DNA of 64,000 nt from Candidatus Thorarchaeota archaeon (GTDB lineage Archaea > Asgardarchaeota > Thorarchaeia > Thorarchaeales > Thorarchaeaceae): the NCBI GenBank assembly GCA_020348985.1, contig CP070761.1:1305747-1369746 (forward strand). The letters are read 5' to 3'. Below, one piece after another: positions 9,459 through 18,086 of the stretch. Below the pieces are notes generated by a model, which was not told the DNA's origin, searched no databases, and was given only the letters and a program-made list of their open reading frames with translations. The translations under genes and the position numbers were made by a program. Each line of letters opens with the position of its first letter. Within the stretch, counting starts at the first letter, position 1.

Positions 9459-10226
9459 TCAGCTTCCAAAACGCCGAGACCTTCGTTCGTAGGAACGCAG
9501 GGCACGCCAAATGTCAATCCTTCTGACTGCAGGCCAATAAATCTGGGCAAAGTAGAGTTCAGAGTATGCAGACTGCCAGAGGAGAAAGCCCGAGAGGCGC
9601 TCTTCGCCAGATGTTCGAATGATGAGATCTGGATCAGGAGTACCATTAGTGTATAGATGTCGTTCGATTATCTGCTCATCTATCTGTTTAGGGTTTAATT
9701 GCCCGTTTGACACTTTTTGTCCTATCGCACGAACTGCATCTACAAGTTCGGTTCTTCCTGAATACCCGATTGCCACATTTAGGATGTGCTCTTCATAGCC
9801 TCCAGTCTCAGCCTCTGCAGCAGCAATTGCTTCTTGTACGTCCTTTGGGAGCAAGTCCACTCTTCCAATAGCCCTTATTCTCACTCTGTGTCGGTGGACG
9901 TCAGGATTGTCAACAACTTCAGAGAACTTCTCTTTGGCGATCCCCATGATTTCCCGCACTTCATCTTCGTTTCGCTGAAAGTTCTCAATGGAGAAAGCGT
10001 AGAGAGTGCACACCTTAACGCCGGCCTCCCAGAGTATACGGAGGACTTCCATGACCTTCTGTGCGCCCCTATGGTGCCCAAACCACGGCGAGTCAGCACC
10101 GTGCTCGCGAGCGTAACGTCGGTTCCCATCAAGTACAAGTCCAACATGTCGCGGGGCATTGTCTTTGTTCAGTTGCCTGAAGAGCCACCACTCGTATAAC
10201 CTGTACACAGGTCCAGCGAAGTTCAA
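9459..10226 (-). CDS. uppS: cis-prenyltransferase (UppS family)
   Basis: PRHVGLVLDGNRR, YAFSIENF, PDLIIRTSGEERLSGFLLWQ, RRFG. Confidence 0.95.
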   Translation of the reverse strand: MNFAGPVYRLYEWWLFRQLNKDNAPRHVGLVLDGNRRYAREHGADSPWFGHHRGAQKVMEVLRILWEAGVKVCTLYAFSIENFQRNEDEVREIMGIAKEKFSEVVDNPDVHRHRVRIRAIGRVDLLPKDVQEAIAAAEAETGGYEEHILNVAIGYSGRTELVDAVRAIGQKVSNGQLNPKQIDEQIIERHLYTNGTPDPDLIIRTSGEERLSGFLLWQSAYSELYFAQIYWPAVRRIDIWRALRSYERRSRRFGS

Positions 10227-10309
10227 TCTCTCACACGTTCTCCTATATCATCGTCTACTTGGTTTGACATTTAGGCTTGCTGAATGATGGACAACTGAAC
10301 GGTACAAGA

Positions 10310-10681
10310 CTAGATCAGTTTCGCTATCTTATCAGCAGCGCGTTTCATGTCCAAGAATATGAGTCCAAGCTTTGCATTGGCCGTTGTTGACACGGTGATA
10401 CAGGCATTCATTCCTGCCTGTACAACGATTAGCCAACCGTCGGCGCCCTTTACATTCACCTGCTCAAGGTTCCCTTTGCCGAGCTCTATAGCTGCCTTCT
10501 CTCCAAGAGTCAACATGGCCGCAGTCATCGCAGCGACCTTTGCTTCATCGACATCTGTCGGCAGGGCAGATACAATTGGAAGTCCCTCAACGCTGACTAT
10601 TGCAGCGGCCTCAATCTCAGGTATACTTCCCTGGAGTTCGTTCAGAACGCCTTCAAGTGTGTCTCCACGGGTCTCGGACAT
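10310..10681 (-). CDS. Roadblock/LC7 (MglB-like) protein
   Basis: AAAIVSVEGLPIVSALP, VAAMTAAML, LGLIFLDMKR. Confidence 0.9.
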   Translation of the reverse strand: MSETRGDTLEGVLNELQGSIPEIEAAAIVSVEGLPIVSALPTDVDEAKVAAMTAAMLTLGEKAAIELGKGNLEQVNVKGADGWLIVVQAGMNACITVSTTANAKLGLIFLDMKRAADKIAKLI

Positions 10682-10691
10682 CAGGCCTCAC

Positions 10692-11255
10692 CTACTTGTA
10701 CATTCTTTTTAGGATTACCTCTCGCGCTATGGCTTGAAAGGCTCGTTTTACTCCCACACCTTGAACAGCTATTGTCTCATAAATGGGAACATTGCCTCCA
10801 AGGCCGAGAAGATCTAGCATTTCATCGCGCGACATCCTGTTAGGCAAGTCACGCTTGTTGAGCATGACCACGATTGGAATCTCTCGCCCAAGGGCGTCAC
10901 CCAAAAAGAGCTTGAGCTCCTCAAAGCTTTCGGTATTCTCTTCTCGCTGATCTGGAGAGGAATCTGCAACGAAGAGAATCCCGTCAGTTCCCTGAAGCAC
11001 TACTTTCCTCTGGTGCCTGTGCCTCTTCTGACCAGCTACTGTGAAGACATCAAAGAGCACTCGACCCCCGGCGCTCATTGGAACATAGTCAAAGAACAGC
11101 GTACGGTTGGTTTCGTCCTCGATAGCCGTGAATTCTCCTTTCTGTAGTCCCTCAACCTTTCCGTACAGCCAGCGGAGTGCAGTGGTCTTGCCGCCTAATG
11201 AGGGTCCGTAGAAGACTAGCTTCAGATGGATTCGTCCCTTGTCATCTTTCCTCAA
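10692..11255 (-). CDS. MglA-family small GTPase
   Basis: GPSLGGKTT, RTLFFD, TVAGQ, NKRD, ETIA. Confidence 0.9.
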   Translation of the reverse strand: MRKDDKGRIHLKLVFYGPSLGGKTTALRWLYGKVEGLQKGEFTAIEDETNRTLFFDYVPMSAGGRVLFDVFTVAGQKRHRHQRKVVLQGTDGILFVADSSPDQREENTESFEELKLFLGDALGREIPIVVMLNKRDLPNRMSRDEMLDLLGLGGNVPIYETIAVQGVGVKRAFQAIAREVILKRMYK

Positions 11256-11384
11256 TACTGCACCTCATTGTGTCGTTGCTGTTCGAATTCATTACGGAAT
11301 GAGCCAAAACCTAGGCTCCACTCCCGGAGGCAAGCAGTTTAGGATTTCAGTCCAATAAAAGCCTTTGTGGAATGGGAAGTGTGT

Positions 11385-11612
11385 TCAGAGGTCTGAGACG
11401 GCTGCGGCGCAAGTTCTCTTAATGAGAAAGACTAGGTGGATTCTCAGAGAGAGCATCTTTTGGGCAGCGCCTCGAACAATCGGTCTCTTGCTGTTGATCC
11501 TCAGTTCCATTCTGTAGTGATCAAGTGATCTTTGTCTCGCAAGCATTGCCTCAGTGTCGTTGAAGCTCTCTGTATCGCCAGTGCTTGATCGCAAGTAGAC
11601 CACATTGGTCAT
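11385..11612 (-). CDS. Small hypothetical protein divergent from the micro-ORF cluster
   Basis: 75-aa ORF starting at the edge of an AT-rich intergenic region; contains DTEAMLARQRS. Confidence 0.4.
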   Translation of the reverse strand: MTNVVYLRSSTGDTESFNDTEAMLARQRSLDHYRMELRINSKRPIVRGAAQKMLSLRIHLVFLIKRTCAAAVSDL

Positions 11613-11660
11613 GAATCTTATGGAAGTGTTTGTAAATTACGTTAAGAGTTAAGCTTGAAT

Positions 11661-11681
11661 TAAAAACAAAAAATATTTAAG
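11661..11681 (+). promoter_or_regulatory. BRE/TATA promoter of the micro-ORF cluster
   Basis: TAAAAACAAAAAATATTTAAG, about 23 nt before a 9-bp hairpin at 11704. Confidence 0.6.
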
Positions 11682-11744
11682 ATGTCAGATGTAATACTAT
11701 TAGCATGCGAGGGAGGAAACTTCGCATGAAGAGAAGGTGTTTGC

Positions 11745-11852
11745 GTGACAAACTCGGAAGAAAAACTAACCTCCCGATGGAAGGAGATGAATAGGCGTCT
11801 CAAGACGAGTGAGAGCCTATACTTGGACTTCAAGGAAGGAGGTGAGCAGTAG
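11745..11852 (+). CDS. Micro-ORF A, 35 aa (MTNSEEKLTSRWKEMNRRLKTSESLYLDFKEGGEQ)
   Basis: GTG start after AAGGTG; stop overlaps the next start (TAGTG). Confidence 0.5.
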   Translation: MTNSEEKLTSRWKEMNRRLKTSESLYLDFKEGGEQ

Positions 11853-11962
11853 TGGCTCTAGCCAAGGACGCTAAGGAAGCGTCAAACGAGAAGATGAAGA
11901 AAGTGGCCAAGGTTCAGTCGACCGAGGCTCTAGCAAATGCATACCTGTACAAAAGAAGGTAG
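11852..11962 (+). CDS. Micro-ORF B, 36 aa (MALAKDAKEASNEKMKKVAKVQSTEALANAYLYKRR)
   Basis: Canonical SD GGAGGTGA at 11838-11845, GTG start, similar to ORF C. Confidence 0.7.
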   Translation: MALAKDAKEASNEKMKKVAKVQSTEALANAYLYKRR

Positions 11963-11980
11963 TAACGGAGGTGCATAAAA

Positions 11981-12076
11981 CTGGCAATTGCAAAGAACAA
12001 GAAGATAAAGCGACGCAATGCCAACCGTAGAGAAATCTCTACGAGGGCCATTGCTGACGCTTATTTCCGAAATTGA
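11981..12076 (+). CDS. Micro-ORF C, 31 aa (MAIAKNKKIKRRNANRREISTRAIADAYFRN), CTG start
   Basis: SD GGAGGTG at 11967-11973, 7 nt before CTG; shares MA[LI]AK and STxA[LI]AxAY with ORF B. Confidence 0.65.
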   Translation: MAIAKNKKIKRRNANRREISTRAIADAYFRN

Positions 12077-12092
12077 TCATAGGTAGATCAGG

Positions 12093-12221
12093 ATGGCTAA
12101 CATAGGCACAATGATTTCAGAGAACCTTGCCAATCAAAGGAGCCCTGAGCAAGGCAAGAATCATCAAGTTTTCTTCGACAAGTGTGCTCGTGTTGGCGAC
12201 AATATGAGCACACCCTTCTGA
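12093..12221 (+). CDS. Micro-ORF D, 42 aa (MANIGTMISENLANQRSPEQGKNHQVFFDKCARVGDNMSTPF)
   Basis: ATG 16 nt after the ORF C stop, weak AGGT SD, ISENLAN motif. Confidence 0.45.
   Translation: MANIGTMISENLANQRSPEQGKNHQVFFDKCARVGDNMSTPF
12182..12213 (+). terminator. 14-bp hairpin with GCGA (GNRA) tetraloop
   Basis: GTGTGCTCGTGTTG-GCGA-CAATATGAGCACAC; its two G.U pairs form only on the + strand. Confidence 0.55.
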
Positions 12222-12725
12222 CATCTACACAGAGCTTGTTTTCGTCAAGGTGTCAACCTTGATTCTCATTCTTGTCTTCGTAACGCCTGGTGCTAGAGGG
12301 GTCAACAACAGTTGACTTAATTCTGCTTGGGAGAGAAAAAGCATACGAGATTTGCTGGAAGACTTTTCCAAAGGCATAGAACCTAACTTCATTCTGTAGT
12401 TCATCTCGGGCCTATTCTTGGGAAGAACTGTAAGGACGAATATCTGGATCAGTGCTCCGAAGTGATTGGCAACAGGCATCCTCACACCCACTGTCTTGAT
12501 TGCAATCTCATACCTCATGGGCTACTAGAGTGAGAGAAAATGAAACTGGGACATCCAAGTACATGATTAGAACTGCTGCCTAGTTTAGCCACCTTCACAT
12601 TGACCAGAGTTATTATGATTAACATACCCGGATTCAAATCACTAATGGAATATACAAAATATCAAACGAATAATGAAAAACCTTAAGTTGCGCTTGAGCA
12701 GCGCACTTCAGAGTCAAGGGCAGAG

Positions 12726-12809
12726 ATGAAGACAAAGCCCAAATCTGGACCAAGAGGCCAAAGAATCACTGAAGACATTTACGTCTTACTCAACAGTTCT
12801 TTCCGATAG
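12726..12809 (+). CDS. Micro-ORF E, 27 aa (MKTKPKSGPRGQRITEDIYVLLNSSFR)
   Basis: Preceded by BRE/TATA-like GAAAAACCTTAAG (12675-12687); basic N-terminus plus ITEDIY. Confidence 0.35.
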   Translation: MKTKPKSGPRGQRITEDIYVLLNSSFR

Positions 12810-12959
12810 CTGTGTTCTTTACATCAAACATTAACAGCGGAGGAATTTCATGAATCCAAGGTACAATAATGCTGATTGTTTCTTAAGCCGCGATTCATGA
12901 GAAGGCCTGATTGCTTGTCCAGTCTCGTGAATTCATAGTTTCCGAGAGGCAGATTACAC

Positions 12960-14762
12960 ATGTTGGAGAAAGAAGTGAGAAACCAAAGAATAAGATTGTA
13001 CACGCTAGCAGCGTTGGTCGGAGTAATATCTGGTGTGACAGCCATTGCTTTCAGAGGACTCATTTTGGTTGTGAGCCTAGTTTTCGTATCTCTGCCTGTG
13101 TATCTTGGATCCTGGGGGTGGCTTATCGCGCCAGCTATTGGTGGACTTCTAGTGTCAATAATTGTGAAACGATTCGCACACGAGGCAAAGGGACATGGGG
13201 TTCCCGAACTCATCGATGCCTATGCACTTCGTGGAGGAATGATACGGGCCAGGGTTCCTCTTTTGAAGAGTCTAGCCTCAGCCATCTGCATAGGATCTGG
13301 TGGATCCTGTGGACGGGAGGGGCCCATAGCACAGATTGGTGGTGGTGCGGGCTCTGCTCTAGCCAGTTTCCTTGGACTTAATCGCAGGATGACAAAGACA
13401 CTTCTTGTATGCGGAACAGCGTCAGGGATTGCAGCAACCTTCAACGCCCCACTAGGAGGAGCCCTCTTTGGGATTGAAATTGTGGCTGGAGGAATCGCAG
13501 GGTTCCCTATAGTTCCTATAATCTTGTCCTCCGTGATCGCAACTGCACTGGCCGATGCCGTTCTTGGTACACAGCCATCATTTCAGGCGCCTTTGTTCTA
13601 TCTTGACAATTACATGGAGCTGGCATTCTATTTGACATTGGGCCTGATTCTTGGGATAATGAGTGTTCTTTGGTCACGGGGTTTCTACCAAATAGAAGAT
13701 ATATTGGAGAGAATGAAGGGCTCGAAACATGCGCTCACTGCTTTTGGTGGACTTCTGGTTGGCGCATTGGCACTGTTGGCTCTCAACATTGAGGCCGCAT
13801 TCGGATACACAGGGGTCATGAAACCAGGAGAACCATACTTCCCAGCTATCATGGGGGTAGGGTATGCCTTTGTGGATGCCACTTTGCTTGGACTGGTCGG
13901 AGTCAGTGTTCTTGTTATGTTTGGTCTACTGAAGTTCTTTGCCACATCAATCACTCTAGGCTCTGGAGGGTCTGGAGGCGTCTTCGCGCCGACACTCTTC
14001 ATAGGTGCGGCATTTGGAGGAGCGTTTGGTCTTGTCATAAACATTGCATTCCCAGAAATCGTTTCTCAGCCAATGGCTTATGCCTTGGTGGGTATGGCAG
14101 CTCTGTTTGCAGGTTCGGGCAGGGCTCCAATAACATGCATCGTGATGCTCATGGAAATGACAAACGACTACTCACTGATACTTCCACTCATGGCTGCAGT
14201 CTCTATGTCGTATCTTGTTTCTTCTTCAATTGAGGTTGAGAGTATCTACACTTTGAAACTGGCTCGTAGAGGCATCGACATCAAACGAAGTCAATACGTG
14301 GGGGCTTTGAGGGAAGTGAAGGCATCTCAAGTGATGACTGCTAGCCCCACAATTCTGAAACCTGACATGACAGTTCCGCAAGTTCTGAGAATAGTGGATG
14401 ATACCCATCATACCAAGTTTCCTGTAGTAGATTCTGACAACAAGATAGTTGGCACATTGATCACAGAGAACTTATTCGGTGGGCCTGAGGGAGGCTGCCC
14501 GGAGTGTCTAGTGCGGGACTTGATGAACGTAGAGGTTCTGATAGTCAGTTCTGAAGCTACAATGGACAGCGTTCTACACGGGATGCTAGAACGAGACGAA
14601 GGGCATGCTGTTGTGGTCGATCCTTTGAAACCAGAGAGGATGATAGGTTTTCTGACGAAGGCCGATGTTCTCAGTGCCTATGAGCTAGCCATTCTAAGGC
14701 TGAGGGAGGACGGAGAAGATGTTCATGAGATTGATCCACTGGACATGATTGCTTTCAGATAG
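12960..14762 (+). CDS. CLC chloride channel/H+-Cl- antiporter with CBS pair
   Basis: GHGVPE, GREGP, FNAPLGG, GGVFAP, SIYT, C-terminal CBS domains. Confidence 0.93.
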   Translation: MLEKEVRNQRIRLYTLAALVGVISGVTAIAFRGLILVVSLVFVSLPVYLGSWGWLIAPAIGGLLVSIIVKRFAHEAKGHGVPELIDAYALRGGMIRARVPLLKSLASAICIGSGGSCGREGPIAQIGGGAGSALASFLGLNRRMTKTLLVCGTASGIAATFNAPLGGALFGIEIVAGGIAGFPIVPIILSSVIATALADAVLGTQPSFQAPLFYLDNYMELAFYLTLGLILGIMSVLWSRGFYQIEDILERMKGSKHALTAFGGLLVGALALLALNIEAAFGYTGVMKPGEPYFPAIMGVGYAFVDATLLGLVGVSVLVMFGLLKFFATSITLGSGGSGGVFAPTLFIGAAFGGAFGLVINIAFPEIVSQPMAYALVGMAALFAGSGRAPITCIVMLMEMTNDYSLILPLMAAVSMSYLVSSSIEVESIYTLKLARRGIDIKRSQYVGALREVKASQVMTASPTILKPDMTVPQVLRIVDDTHHTKFPVVDSDNKIVGTLITENLFGGPEGGCPECLVRDLMNVEVLIVSSEATMDSVLHGMLERDEGHAVVVDPLKPERMIGFLTKADVLSAYELAILRLREDGEDVHEIDPLDMIAFR

Positions 14763-14880
14763 ATCTCCTGACGAAGACTAGGAAAGTGGGTTCTGGTGGG
14801 AGTCTGAATGATTACTGGTGTTGCATCTGCATCCATGACCAGATTCAATAGCGTATCCGAGTTAACCATAGTGAACCAGA

Positions 14881-15215
14881 TTGCAGGTATTGGCATATGT
14901 ACACACTGACAAAAAGGATTCTAGATGGAAACCCCGGAACTACAATCATGTAAAGGGACTGATTTCCAGCTATTTGGTCAATGTCGATTCTTCAGAGAGG
15001 ACCGGAGAGGTGTTTTTCTTCGATACGAGAGAGAACCTCGATGCCTTCAAAAACTCCAAACTGGGGAAGAGCATTGGAAAAGCTTTGGAGCTTGTTCAGC
15101 TCGAATTCGAGTGATTGGTATTTTTGCGAAACTGAGAACCCACTATGGGCTAGTTACTACGGATGGAAGTTTTAGTCTGTCTACACTCTTTCAAGCTCAG
15201 CCAGTGCAGACTTGA
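14881..15215 (+). pseudogene. Frameshifted YdhR/ABM-like monooxygenase remnant
   Basis: VKGLISSY..GEVFFFDTRENLDAFKNS in one frame, continuing as RIRVIGIFAKLR in another. Confidence 0.45.
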
Positions 15216-15654
15216 GATCTTCTTCGTCAAGCTCATCCTTGGTTGGCGCAGTTGGTTCTACTGCTAGGAATTTGTTGAGCTCATCAGCTAGCTGCACGCC
15301 CTGCTTCTTCATGACAAGTCGGATGAGACCGATGTTTACCTCAGGACCGGAAACGACACAGAGGACTCCCTTTCCACAGGCTGATGCGAAGATCTTACCT
15401 TCCGAAAACTCTGATGTGACAATCTCAAGTTCACCGATCTGAAGGTTCTTCCCCTGCTCTTCACTCGCACAGAAGACCGCGCTTGCGATTGCACCTATGG
15501 AATCCACGTCCACGGGGTAGTATGAGAGCTTGCTCACGTTGGCAATTGTAAGTCCGGTTTTGTCAACCAGTATGACCTTTGAGATTCCCTTGTCTTGACG
15601 GATTATCTCTGTTAGGATTCTGTCGAAAGCTTTTGGATCGCTCATTGATTCCAC
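15181..15654 (-). CDS. Roadblock/LC7 protein with acidic C-terminal helix
   Basis: ILVDKTGLTIA, IGAIASAVF, VNIGLIRL. Confidence 0.85.
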   Translation of the reverse strand: MESMSDPKAFDRILTEIIRQDKGISKVILVDKTGLTIANVSKLSYYPVDVDSIGAIASAVFCASEEQGKNLQIGELEIVTSEFSEGKIFASACGKGVLCVVSGPEVNIGLIRLVMKKQGVQLADELNKFLAVEPTAPTKDELDEEDLKSALAELERV

Positions 15655-15655
15655 C

Positions 15656-15949
15656 TCATTTCTTGAGGACCACCAGTATTAGTCCTTCACCTGGTTCAGG
15701 TGCGATGTTAATCTCGCCCTTTTCAGTGTCGAGAGTAAGGAACGAGAGCTTGCCCTCGTCTAGTTCGTCGACAGCATCAAGGGCTTTGCCTACAAGCGAC
15801 GTTATGATTGCAGCGACGTTCTCGGTTGTATCTGGGTCCAAGTCACTGCTCAGAGGTAGTCCTTCCATGGTAGTGACAACCACGCCACGGACGCCCTCCT
15901 GGGATTTTAGCTGTGCAATGACTGTATCAAGTTTCTCTTGACTTATCAA
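15656..15949 (-). CDS. Roadblock/LC7 (DYNLRB-like) protein
   Basis: GVRGVVVTTMEGLPLSS, EINIAP..LILVVL; TTG start inferred. Confidence 0.85.
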   Translation of the reverse strand: MISQEKLDTVIAQLKSQEGVRGVVVTTMEGLPLSSDLDPDTTENVAAIITSLVGKALDAVDELDEGKLSFLTLDTEKGEINIAPEPGEGLILVVLKK

Positions 15950-16108
15950 TATCTGGAAGCCCCACTGCATCAATTGTGCATTTCGTAGTCTGTACCCCAA
16001 TCTTGGGTATTTCAGACTTGTGGTTACGTGTACCGTCTTGAGTGCGTGTTTTGCGCAAAATGATATAACCTTGTATTACTTTGCGCACTACTTCCGAAAT
16101 AAAAAGAT

Positions 16109-16134
16109 GTGACGAGGCTTGCTGTCCTCGTCAC
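16109..16134 (-). terminator. Hairpin plus T-tract after the vWA gene
   Basis: GTGACGAGG..CCTCGTCAC 9-bp stem followed by ATCTTTTT on the - strand. Confidence 0.6.
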
Positions 16135-16142
16135 CTAAACCT

Positions 16143-17789
16143 CTAATCCTCCTCCTCTTCGAAGAGTTCCTTGGAAGCTTTTCTCATTTGTTTGAGCTGA
16201 GCAGTAGACATCTGATCTGCCATTGCTGAAGGTGCACCCGCTGACGCAGCCATCTCCATCTCTTCGAGCCGCTCCATACTCTCCTCTTCTGAGGCAAGAA
16301 CTTCGTCAGCCCTGTCAAGAGATTTTGCTACTGGCTTAGGAGCGCCTTTTGCTGTCTTCTTGAGCGCAGCTCTAAAACTAGAGATTCGTTCCTTGCCCTT
16401 CTTTGTGTCACCACGAAGCGATTCTTCACCCGCCTTTTGAGCGACAAATGTGGCGCCAACGGTTGGGTCAAGTGTTTCTACAATCTCTTCTTCCTTCTTC
16501 GCCACCTTGAGCTTCTTTGTCACCGCTCTGACTCGTCGAGCTCCTTCTGCATCTGTGTACTCGACTTGAACTTGGATGGGAACTTCAGGGGTTTCAATCT
16601 TGCCGTCTGGCTCGACCTCGAAGTAGAGTTCGTGGTCTTCACCAACTACGCCAATCCTTCCTTCGGCCTTCTCTTTGAGCTCCTCAACAACCGCTCTTGA
16701 TACACCAGATGCATCCTTGACTTTCATTCCAGGCGGGGTGACCAATCGGACCTCCACATCACGTCCAAGCAGACTTGCACCAGCCAGCTCTGACAGACTT
16801 CTATCAAGCTCGTTGGGCTGGACATAGTACATCTGCCCACCGGTTGCCTCTGGCAATAGACCTAGAGTCCTTAGCTCCATGCCTGACCCAGAAGCGATTC
16901 CAACGACATCAAGCGAAGTACCAATCTTGCGGTACATGCCACCCATCTTCTCGTAGTATTCATTGGCGGGCGTCACCTGATATCCTTCAAGAGCTCCGAT
17001 TCCTTCATTGGCAAGACCGTCGGTGAGTAATACAACTCTGTCTACATTTCTGTGCTTGGCAACCACATAGCCCATGGCTACTGCCGGTCCAAGTGCAGTT
17101 CCACCTTGATCTCGAAGTGCCTGAACGTGCTTCTTCAGCTTTGCAGCGTTGGGTCCAACGTTGACCATCTTTACTCTGTCCAAGAGCTTCTTGGTGGCAT
17201 CCAAGATTTGGTCCAGACTCGGATAGGTCTCGCGAGGAAGCTCGAATCCCTCTCCTGTTTCCATGTTCCGTGCGACTACTCCGCTTTCAAACTCGATAAG
17301 TCCGAATAGCGTATCAGGCGAATTCGCAGCCAGACTATCGATTGATGTGCTGAGGCTTCTCTTGACGGCCGCCAGATTGGCTCCTGCCATCGAGCCAGAA
17401 ACATCAATTAGAGCAAGAAATGCTCTTCCTGCCGCAGATTCTATACCCGTAGTCTCATCTATGGTCTCAGGTGGGGGAGTGATTTCAAAATCGGCCTCGT
17501 CTCCAGCCACAACAACCTCACCTTCGATTACATTGAGGGTGCCACAGAAAGTGCAATTGAAATGCTTGCCGACTTTGGGGTCTTCCTTTATCTCTTCTAC
17601 ACTGAGGAGAAAGCCATTGCATTTGTGGCATGCTATAGGCTTGCCCACAATCTTTGTCGTTTCGCGCGCAAGATCTCCAAATTCAACACGCACGACATAT
17701 GGTATATCGCTCATGACTCGTTTCGACTCTGGAAACGCATCAGAGCTGGTTCTCAGCATTTGGATCAATCCTCGAGTTGTGAGCGACAC
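16143..17789 (-). CDS. Sec23/Sec24-like protein (Zn finger + vWA + beta-sandwich + helical); likely start 17714
   Basis: CHKC..CTFC zinc finger, DVSGSM MIDAS, GGTALGPA, LLTDGLAN.G.G, IQVQVEYT..G.RRVR. Confidence 0.8.
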   Translation of the reverse strand: MSLTTRGLIQMLRTSSDAFPESKRVMSDIPYVVRVEFGDLARETTKIVGKPIACHKCNGFLLSVEEIKEDPKVGKHFNCTFCGTLNVIEGEVVVAGDEADFEITPPPETIDETTGIESAAGRAFLALIDVSGSMAGANLAAVKRSLSTSIDSLAANSPDTLFGLIEFESGVVARNMETGEGFELPRETYPSLDQILDATKKLLDRVKMVNVGPNAAKLKKHVQALRDQGGTALGPAVAMGYVVAKHRNVDRVVLLTDGLANEGIGALEGYQVTPANEYYEKMGGMYRKIGTSLDVVGIASGSGMELRTLGLLPEATGGQMYYVQPNELDRSLSELAGASLLGRDVEVRLVTPPGMKVKDASGVSRAVVEELKEKAEGRIGVVGEDHELYFEVEPDGKIETPEVPIQVQVEYTDAEGARRVRAVTKKLKVAKKEEEIVETLDPTVGATFVAQKAGEESLRGDTKKGKERISSFRAALKKTAKGAPKPVAKSLDRADEVLASEEESMERLEEMEMAASAGAPSAMADQMSTAQLKQMRKASKELFEEEED

Positions 17790-18086
17790 TCAACTACAAG
17801 AGCTTTCCGTGTCTCAGCCTCCTTCTCCGGATTCGCCACAGTCTTTGCACAAGCGGGGTCATCATCCCGCAATCCAGATTCATCACTGAAACTAGAGAGG
17901 TCACCATGCATGCCAAAGGAGCAGGGACTCCAATGGAGTGATTCATCTCTAAGTAGTGGATTGGAATTGGTACTTCCGTGCATACTATATTGGTATTGGG
18001 AGAAAGGATGACTGGGCGGCTGATTGGAATCTCGTTGCGGAATTGTGTTCTTTACAAATCACAATTGTGGGTGTGGGGTACACATC

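Noticed and set aside
11704-12220. GAGGAAAC resembling the 5' conserved motif of RNase P RNA
   Set aside because: No matching 3' P4 strand (ACAGAA..GGCUUA) was found, and the region is A-rich with SD-led ORFs.
12225-12518. 97-aa minus-strand ORF
   Set aside because: No motif, no SD and no protein-like pattern; not supportable as a gene.
17263-18011. Long + strand ORFs opposite the vWA gene, and similar shadow ORFs over smc, tfrA, CBS, nadC and mutS
   Set aside because: Antisense shadows of well-supported genes.
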